This document shows positions 57,280 through 64,000 of a stretch of DNA of 64,000 nt, one piece after another (positions within the stretch are counted from its first letter, which is position 1; every line of letters begins with the position of its first letter). The notes beneath the pieces were generated by a model. The model did not search any database. It was not told the origin of the DNA and was given only the letters and a program-made list of their open reading frames with translations. The stretch spans positions 12,369-76,368 of the forward strand of contig JBBAJU010000010.1 of assembly GCA_040403845.1 (NCBI GenBank), in the 5' to 3' direction. Position numbers and translations under genes: made by a program. This DNA is from Sediminibacterium sp. Lineage in GTDB: Bacteria; Bacteroidota; Bacteroidia; Chitinophagales; Chitinophagaceae.

Positions 57280-58605
57280 TTAATAACGATACATGTCAGA
57301 TTTGAAAGGACCGTTTTTGCTGATGCCTAAATAAGCAGCTTGCTCATCGGTTAACTCATCTAATTGAGCGCCAACTTTTGCAAGGTGTAAACGAGCTACT
57401 TTTTCATCTAAATGCTTAGGTAAAACGTACACTTTGTTTTCGTAGTTTTTATGGTTCATCCACAATTCAATTTGAGCCAAAGTTTGGTTGCTGAATGAAT
57501 TACTCATTACAAAAGAAGGGTGCCCAGTTGCACAACCTAAGTTCACTAATCTACCTTCAGCCAATACAATCACATCTTTTCCATCAATATTATACAAATC
57601 AACTTGAGGTTTAATGGTATCTTTTGTGTTACCATAGTTTGCATTTAACCAAGCCATATCAATTTCAATATCAAAGTGCCCAATATTACAAACGATTGCT
57701 TTGTCTTTCATTAAGCGGAAATGCTTTTCTGTAATCAAGTCTCTACAACCTGATGCAGTAACAATAATATCAGCTTCTGTAACAGCAATTGCCATTGGTT
57801 TTACTTCAAATCCATCCATTGCTGCTTGTAAAGCACAGATTGGATCAATCTCTGTAACAATTACCCTGCATCCTGCTCCACGAAGAGAAAGGGCAGATCC
57901 TTTACCAACATCTCCGTATCCACCAACAACCGCAACTTTACCAGCCATCATTACGTCAGTAGCTCTGCGGATAGCATCTACTAAAGACTCTTGACAACCG
58001 TATTTATTGTCGAACTTAGATTTGGTAACAGAATCGTTTACGTTAATCGCAGGAATAGGTAAAGTGCCTTTTGCCATGCGCTCATATAAACGGTGAACAC
58101 CTGTTGTAGTTTCTTCAGATAAGCCTTTAATATGTGCAATTAACTCAGGGTATTTATCAAATACCATATTGGTTAAATCTCCACCATCATCTAAAATCAT
58201 ATTTAATGGGCGATCAGCACCACCAAAAAATAAAGTTTGCTCAATACACCAATCAGCTTCTTCTTGGGTTTGACCTTTCCAAGCATATACACCAATTCCT
58301 GCAGCAGCTATTGCCGCAGCAGCTTGATCTTGTGTAGAGAAGATATTACAAGAGCTCCATTTTACTTCAGCGCCCAATGCCACTAATGTTTCAATTAAAA
58401 CTGCAGTTTGAATGGTCATATGTAAACAACCTGCAACTCTTGCACCTTTTAATGGTTGAGAAGCGCCATATTCAGCACGTAATGCCATCAAGCCAGGCAT
58501 TTCTGCTTCCGCTAAACGAATTTCTTTGCGACCCCAATCGGCCAAGCCAATATCAGCCACTTTATAAGGCAAACTGAAATCAATTGTTGTAGTTAGTGTA
58601 GACAT
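57280..58605 (-). CDS. ahcY: S-adenosylhomocysteine hydrolase
   Basis: [50 protein letters not shown]. Confidence 0.98.
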   Translation of the reverse strand: MSTLTTTIDFSLPYKVADIGLADWGRKEIRLAEAEMPGLMALRAEYGASQPLKGARVAGCLHMTIQTAVLIETLVALGAEVKWSSCNIFSTQDQAAAAIAAAGIGVYAWKGQTQEEADWCIEQTLFFGGADRPLNMILDDGGDLTNMVFDKYPELIAHIKGLSEETTTGVHRLYERMAKGTLPIPAINVNDSVTKSKFDNKYGCQESLVDAIRRATDVMMAGKVAVVGGYGDVGKGSALSLRGAGCRVIVTEIDPICALQAAMDGFEVKPMAIAVTEADIIVTASGCRDLITEKHFRLMKDKAIVCNIGHFDIEIDMAWLNANYGNTKDTIKPQVDLYNIDGKDVIVLAEGRLVNLGCATGHPSFVMSNSFSNQTLAQIELWMNHKNYENKVYVLPKHLDEKVARLHLAKVGAQLDELTDEQAAYLGISKNGPFKSDMYRY

Positions 58606-58625
58606 AATAGTATTTTATTGTAGCG

Positions 58626-58633
58626 CAAAGCTA
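58626..58633 (-). promoter_or_regulatory. -7 promoter element for ahcY
   Basis: TAGCTTTG on minus strand, 20 nt before ATG. Confidence 0.55.
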
Positions 58634-58723
58634 ATTTTAAAGAATAAAAGCACATAATTATTTATAAATAAAGAATAAGTATCTAATTTGCAGATAATTA
58701 TCAGAACAAAATAGTATAATGCC

Positions 58724-59221
58724 ATGCCTAAACCAACTAAAAAAGCCGAATCCACTGTTTCACTTTCATTAGATACCAAAGACATTGCTATTTTAAAATT
58801 ATTACAGCATAATGCAAGGGCCACGGTAAAGGAAATTGCAGATCAGGTTCACTTGAGTACAACCCCTGTTCATGAGCGCATTAAAAGAATGGAAGAGTCA
58901 GGAGTGATTAAACAGTATGCAACTTTGGTAGATCATACCAAAGTTCGAAAAGGCTTAATGGTCATTTGTTATGTATCCTTAAAGCAACACGATAAAACTG
59001 CTGGAGGAAAATTTATTAAGCGAATGCACGAATTAAATGAAGTAATTGAGTGTTATAATATTTCAGGGGAATTTGATTTTATGTTAAAAGTGGTAGCAGA
59101 AAGCATGGATGCTTATTATGATTTTCATGTAAATAAATTATCTCAAGCAGAAAATATTGGACATGTTCAGTCGGTATTTGTAATGGGGGTAATTAAACAA
59201 ACACATGTGTTGGTTCATTGA
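58724..59221 (+). CDS. Lrp/AsnC transcriptional regulator
   Basis: LDTKDIAILKLLQHNAR...HERIKRMEESGVI; VIECYNISGEFDFMLKV. Confidence 0.94.
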   Translation: MPKPTKKAESTVSLSLDTKDIAILKLLQHNARATVKEIADQVHLSTTPVHERIKRMEESGVIKQYATLVDHTKVRKGLMVICYVSLKQHDKTAGGKFIKRMHELNEVIECYNISGEFDFMLKVVAESMDAYYDFHVNKLSQAENIGHVQSVFVMGVIKQTHVLVH

Positions 59222-59251
59222 TTCTTTAATTTGCATTTAAAATAAGCACCA

Positions 59252-60730
59252 TTGTCTAATCACATTTTTAATTTCAATACATCTTACGCTTCTTTAGGGG
59301 ATTCATTTTTTACGTTGGTTAACCCTACGCCAGTTAAAACTCCACGCTTATTGTTGTTTAATCAAGCATTGGCAAAAGAATTGGGCCTTCAAATGGATCA
59401 ATCGGATGAAAACAATGGAACTTTTGCACAAAAACTTGCACCATTATTAAGCGGTAATCAATTGTTTGAAGGTTCTGAGCCAATGGCACAAGCTTATGCA
59501 GGGCATCAGTTTGGCTATTTTAATATGCTAGGAGATGGAAGAGCCATTTTGGTAGGTGAGCATATAGCCCCCAATCAAAAACGATACGATATTCAGCTGA
59601 AGGGATCAGGCCCTACACCTTATTCAAGAAGGGGTGATGGTAGAGCAACGCTGAGGGCAATGCTGAGAGAATATTTAATCAGCGAAGCAATGCATGGATT
59701 GGGTATTGCCACATCAAGAAGTTTGGCCGTGGTAACTACCGGGGAAAAAGTTTATAGAGAAGAAATCCAAGATGGTGCAGTTTTAACAAGGGTAATGCAA
59801 AGCCATATTCGAGTGGGTAGCTTCGAATATGTAAATCATTATTTGACCAAAGATGAATTATTGGCATATACCAATTATACATTAGCAAGACATTATCCTG
59901 ATTCTATTGAATCCGCCAATCCCGCATTGGCTTTGTTAAAACAGGTATTGATTCAACAAGTGCATTTAATAGTTCATTGGATGCGAGTAGGATTTATTCA
60001 TGGCGTAATGAATACCGATAATATGTCTATTGCAGGGGAAACATTCGACTATGGTCCTTGTGCATTTATGAATGGATATGATCCTGCAAAAGTTTTTAGT
60101 TCTATTGATACCAATGGTAGGTATGCATTCGCAAATCAACCAGGCATAGCGCATTGGAACTTGAGTTGCCTTGCCAATGCATTGTTGCCTATTATGGATG
60201 AAGATCAAACAAAAGCAGTTGAATTAGCCAAAGAAGTATTGAATTTGTTTCCCAATTTATACACAGAAGCATATACTACCATGATGGGGGCAAAGATTGG
60301 TTTTAATAAAGATCAATTATCTGATGAAGTGGTTGAGTTAATCAAAACTTTACTGAATTGGATGAAAGAAAACCAAGCCGATTATACGAATACCTTTCTT
60401 CAAATTCAGTCTGTTCTTGTTCCTGAAGGGATTTATGCCAGTTCATTTTTTACAGAGTGGCTGCTAAAGCGCGAAACTTTATTGAATATAGAGGGTAGTA
60501 ATATAAGCCAAGCTCAAAAAATCATGCAATTGCAAAATCCATTAGTCATTCCTAGGAATCATTGGGTAGAACAAATCTTGGATGCAGTTGCGTACACCAA
60601 TGAATTAACGCAGTTTAATAGCTTTCTAAATGCATTGCAATCACCTTATCAGCAAACAAATAATATTGAAATATACCAGGCGCCTCCAGAAAATGGAGAT
60701 GGGTTTTATGCAACTTTTTGTGGAACTTAA
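59252..60730 (+). CDS. selO: SelO/YdiU protein adenylyltransferase
   Basis: AYAGHQFG, LGDGRA, LKGSGPTPYSRRGDGRA, HGVMNTDN, DYGP, C-terminal TFCGT; TTG start. Confidence 0.93.
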   Translation: MSNHIFNFNTSYASLGDSFFTLVNPTPVKTPRLLLFNQALAKELGLQMDQSDENNGTFAQKLAPLLSGNQLFEGSEPMAQAYAGHQFGYFNMLGDGRAILVGEHIAPNQKRYDIQLKGSGPTPYSRRGDGRATLRAMLREYLISEAMHGLGIATSRSLAVVTTGEKVYREEIQDGAVLTRVMQSHIRVGSFEYVNHYLTKDELLAYTNYTLARHYPDSIESANPALALLKQVLIQQVHLIVHWMRVGFIHGVMNTDNMSIAGETFDYGPCAFMNGYDPAKVFSSIDTNGRYAFANQPGIAHWNLSCLANALLPIMDEDQTKAVELAKEVLNLFPNLYTEAYTTMMGAKIGFNKDQLSDEVVELIKTLLNWMKENQADYTNTFLQIQSVLVPEGIYASSFFTEWLLKRETLLNIEGSNISQAQKIMQLQNPLVIPRNHWVEQILDAVAYTNELTQFNSFLNALQSPYQQTNNIEIYQAPPENGDGFYATFCGT

Positions 60731-61231
60731 TTATAAGTCAATGCCCATAATATAGTCGTCCATCACAAATCCTTTTTCTAATTCAAAAACATTTTCAGAT
60801 AAAATGCTGAGCCCCTGTCTTTTGTAAAATTCAATGGCAGGGTTTTGCTTATTCACTTGAAGAATCAATTGTTTGCCGCCATTTTGCAATGCGTAGTCTT
60901 TTACTGCAAACAAGAGTTCTTTGCCTGCCCCTGTTTTTTGGGAAGTAGGAACAATATAGAGTTTGTTTAATTTGAATACACCAGCTGATTCGTTTGAAAC
61001 AGATGCAAAACCCAGTACTTCATTTTTTTGGGTTGGAGATTGATTTTTTTCAAATAAATAAAATTGGTGCTCCTTAGCCATTTGCTGTACCAGTGATTCA
61101 GTGCTGTACATCAGGTCTAGCATATAATTAATTTGCTTCTCCGATATGATTTCTCCATAAGTAGAAGGCCAAGTATGATAGGCAATCTGCTGAATGGTGG
61201 GTATATCATTTAGTGTTGCAATTCTAATCAT
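60731..61231 (-). CDS. GNAT acetyltransferase
   Basis: KLYIVP..QKTGAGK, LQVNKQNPAIEFYKRQG. Confidence 0.88.
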   Translation of the reverse strand: MIRIATLNDIPTIQQIAYHTWPSTYGEIISEKQINYMLDLMYSTESLVQQMAKEHQFYLFEKNQSPTQKNEVLGFASVSNESAGVFKLNKLYIVPTSQKTGAGKELLFAVKDYALQNGGKQLILQVNKQNPAIEFYKRQGLSILSENVFELEKGFVMDDYIMGIDL

Positions 61232-63858
61232 TACAATGATTTCAAACTTTCTTCAATGGTATTTATTCTTGCCTCTGCATCAGCTTGTTTTTTTCTTTCT
61301 AGCGCAATGATTTCTGGCTTTGCATTTTGAACAAATTTTTCATTGCTTAATTTTTTCATTACCGATGCAAGAAAGTTCTGTTCGTATGCAAGATCTTTTA
61401 ATAAGCGATCTTTAATGGCAGCAGCATCTAATTGTTGTTCGGCTTCTATGAAGAATTTGTCTTTCTCAATATTAACCACAATCGTGTTGGCTACTGAATT
61501 GGAAGTATAAATTACATTACTTGCATTCACCTGTTTCATTAAAATGCTTTCAATTGCTTTATAACCGTTGGTTTTTTCTGCCATGATATGCAATACCACT
61601 GGGTCTTTGGGCTTTAATTGATTTTTATTTCTAGCATCTCTCAGTTTGGTAATTACGTCTTTTAGTAAACTGCCTGCTGCTAAAATAGTCTCATCTGCAG
61701 GGTTGGGTTTACCTTGTAATTTCACCGTCAAATCTTCTTTTTGCTCTTTTAGCAAGTGGAATATTTCTTCTGTAATAAAAGGCATGATGGGGTGTAATAA
61801 TTCCATCAATTTCTCAAAGAATTCAATGGTTTTGGTATATACTTTTGGGTCAACTGGTTGCTCAAAACCTGGCTTTGCCCATTCTAAATACCAGCTGCAG
61901 AAATCGTCCCAAATTAGTGAGTAGATTGTTTTTAATGCTTCGCTCAATTTAAATTGAGTCATGAGTTCATCTACTTCTAAGCTCACTTGGTTTAGTCTGT
62001 TTTCGAACCAGTTAATTGCAAACGCAGCTTCAGAAGAATCTAAACTTGATGTTGAAGAAGCAACACGAGCTTCCCACATTTTTACCAGCTTCAATGCATT
62101 CCATAATTTATTATTGAAATTTCTTCCTTGCTCTAAAGACGATTCGTCAAATAAAATATCATTGCCAGCCGGGGATGCAATTAAAATGCCAAATCTCACT
62201 GCATCCGCACCATATTGATCAATCAAAGCAAGTAAGTCGGGAGAATTGCCCAAGCTCTTGCTCATTTTTCTGCCTAGTTTGTCCCTAACAATGCCCGTGA
62301 AATAGACGTCATTAAAGGGTTTGCTGCCTTTGTATTCATAGCCAGCCATAATCATCCTGGCAACCCAAAAGAAAATAATTTCAGGTGCAGTAACTAATGT
62401 GCTAGTAGGGTAATAATAATTTACCTCTTCATTATTGGGATTGCTCAAACCTTTAAATACTTCGAAAGGCCATAGCCAACTACTAAACCAAGTATCTAAG
62501 CAATCATTATCTTGGTGTATATCTGAAACCAATAAAGAGGCATTGCCTGTTTTATTTTGTAATGCAACCAGTGCTTCCTCCGCTGTTTTAGCCACCACAA
62601 AATGGCCGTCTTGGGTATACCATGCTGGTATGCGATGTCCCCACCACAACTGTCTACTGATACACCAGTCTTTAATATTCTCCATCCAATGGCGATAGAG
62701 ATTTTTAAACTTAGCTGGATGAAAATGTATTTCATCATCCATAACGGCTGTCAATGCTGGTGCAGCCAAATCTTTCATGCTCACCCACCATTGCAAACTT
62801 AAACGGGGTTCTACTACTGCATCTGTTCTTTCACTGAATCCAACTTGATTGGTGTATTCTTCAATTTTCTCTATATGACCTGCAGCTTCTAAATCGGCAA
62901 CTATCTTTTTTCTAACGTCAAAACGATCTAATCCAATATACAATTGTGCGTCTTCACTCATTGTACCATCGTCGTTCATGGTATCAATGATTGCTAAATT
63001 GTATTTCTGTCCTAGCTGATAGTCGTTCATATCATGGGCAGGAGTTACTTTTAAGGCTCCTGTTCCAAAATCTAGTGCAACATATTCATCAGGAATGATT
63101 TTGATTTTGCGGTTAATTAATGGAACAAATGCATATTGGCCATGGAGTGATTGATAACGCTCATCAGCAGGGTTTACACATATAGCTGCGTCTCCTAGTA
63201 TAGTTTCAGGCCTTACAGTCGCAATTGTTATGGTGCCACCATTTTCTAGATGGTATTTAACATGATATAATTTGCTCTGTACTTCTTTATAAATTACTTC
63301 TTCGTCACTCAGTGCAGTTTTTGCTTTCACATCCCAATTAATCATTCGCTTACCTCTGTAGATATAACCTTTATTATAGAGGTCAATAAATACATTGATT
63401 ACAGAATCGTAGTAATCTGGGTCCATGGTAAAGCTTGTTCTATCCCAATCTAGGCTGCAACCCATTTTGCGTAGTTGCTGTAAAATGATGCCCCCGTATT
63501 TTTCTTTCCACTCCCAAGCATAATCTAAAAACTCAGGTCTGCTTAAAGAGGATTTGGCGATTCCCTTTTCGCGCAACATGGCTACGACTTTTGCTTCGGT
63601 GGCAATAGATGCATGATCGGTTCCAGGGACCCAGCAGGCATTTTTACCCTGCATACGAGCCCGTCTTACTAAAATATCTTGAATGGTATTGTTTAAGCAG
63701 TGTCCCATATGCAACACCCCTGTTACATTGGGAGGAGGGATTACAACAGTATAGGGTTCCCTTTCGTCGGGTTTGCTGGAAAAATAGTTTTTACTAATCC
63801 AGTGTTCGTACCATTTTGCTTCAATTTCGGTAGGAATATAATTCTTGCTCAGCTCCAT
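61231..63858 (-). CDS. valS: Valine--tRNA ligase
   Basis: PPPNVTGVLHMGH, DWCISRQLWWGHRIP, KMSKS; start moved to ATG 63858. Confidence 0.97.
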   Translation of the reverse strand: MELSKNYIPTEIEAKWYEHWISKNYFSSKPDEREPYTVVIPPPNVTGVLHMGHCLNNTIQDILVRRARMQGKNACWVPGTDHASIATEAKVVAMLREKGIAKSSLSRPEFLDYAWEWKEKYGGIILQQLRKMGCSLDWDRTSFTMDPDYYDSVINVFIDLYNKGYIYRGKRMINWDVKAKTALSDEEVIYKEVQSKLYHVKYHLENGGTITIATVRPETILGDAAICVNPADERYQSLHGQYAFVPLINRKIKIIPDEYVALDFGTGALKVTPAHDMNDYQLGQKYNLAIIDTMNDDGTMSEDAQLYIGLDRFDVRKKIVADLEAAGHIEKIEEYTNQVGFSERTDAVVEPRLSLQWWVSMKDLAAPALTAVMDDEIHFHPAKFKNLYRHWMENIKDWCISRQLWWGHRIPAWYTQDGHFVVAKTAEEALVALQNKTGNASLLVSDIHQDNDCLDTWFSSWLWPFEVFKGLSNPNNEEVNYYYPTSTLVTAPEIIFFWVARMIMAGYEYKGSKPFNDVYFTGIVRDKLGRKMSKSLGNSPDLLALIDQYGADAVRFGILIASPAGNDILFDESSLEQGRNFNNKLWNALKLVKMWEARVASSTSSLDSSEAAFAINWFENRLNQVSLEVDELMTQFKLSEALKTIYSLIWDDFCSWYLEWAKPGFEQPVDPKVYTKTIEFFEKLMELLHPIMPFITEEIFHLLKEQKEDLTVKLQGKPNPADETILAAGSLLKDVITKLRDARNKNQLKPKDPVVLHIMAEKTNGYKAIESILMKQVNASNVIYTSNSVANTIVVNIEKDKFFIEAEQQLDAAAIKDRLLKDLAYEQNFLASVMKKLSNEKFVQNAKPEIIALERKKQADAEARINTIEESLKSL

Positions 63859-63873
63859 AAAATCAATTGGATG

Positions 63874-63881
63874 CAAATTTA
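63874..63881 (-). promoter_or_regulatory. -7 promoter element for valS
   Basis: TAAATTTG on minus strand, 15 nt before ATG 63858 and inside the ORF-track extension. Confidence 0.55.
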
Positions 63882-64000
63882 AGGAAACTGCGGGAGCTTG
63901 CGGTAATCTTATCAATTATATCAGGTGAATCACCAGGTAGAAATGATTTCTGTTTTGTCTGCAATGGATTCTGAAAAGGAAGGCGTTGTTGAAAATGATT

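Noticed and set aside
58606-58640. SAH/SAM riboswitch upstream of ahcY
   Set aside because: The promoter box is 20 nt from the ATG; no space and no consensus
277-63882. Many short ORF-track entries antisense to or nested in long genes (e.g. 518..781, 30320..30784, 47910..48356)
   Set aside because: Shadow ORFs of well-supported genes with no recognisable motifs
63859-63915. N-terminal extensions given by the ORF track for valS (also yfhO, DUF3078, hppD, trmH, susD)
   Set aside because: They start at non-ATG or poorly placed codons; for valS, yfhO and DUF3078 they overlap -7 promoter boxes; downstream ATGs fit the family N-termini better
1-64000. CRISPR array, IS/transposase, integrase, prophage, tRNA or rRNA
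   Set aside because: No regularly spaced repeats, terminal inverted repeats, recombinase motifs or cloverleaf/rRNA signatures seen by eye
63916-64000. Partial gene at the right edge
   Set aside because: Several short open frames on both strands, none recognisable in 85 nt

Overview
AT-rich, gene-dense chromosomal segment from a Bacteroidota genome. SusC/SusD, ECF-FecR, T9SS-type CTD remnants and TAnnTTTG promoters point to a Chitinophagaceae/Sediminibacterium-like organism (inference, not a database result). Housekeeping genes include rpmB (partial), rpmG, DUF4295, ftsY, rnpB, prfB with a +1 frameshift, mgtE, trmH, mltG, secG, lptE, miaB, purK, hppD, ahcY, selO and valS. The main accessory blocks are: (1) an ECF/FecR-controlled SusC/SusD locus with a LamG lipoprotein, a GH144-like beta-1,2-glucanase, an EEP phosphoesterase and an SGNH esterase; (2) a DUF6702/HupE-UreJ/tandem M1 aminopeptidase/tandem esterase cluster; (3) a YfhO-GT4-GT2 glycosylation operon and a PAP2-ArnT pair; (4) a DUF3472-FKBP fusion; (5) a CLC-F-type fluoride antiporter. 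Two decayed genes with large internal deletions (a T9SS cargo and a TPR histidine kinase) lie in apparent intergenic gaps. A candidate leaderless uORF/attenuator precedes hppD. I saw no CRISPR array, tRNA, rRNA or mobile element. Family names come from motif recognition by eye; no searches were run.
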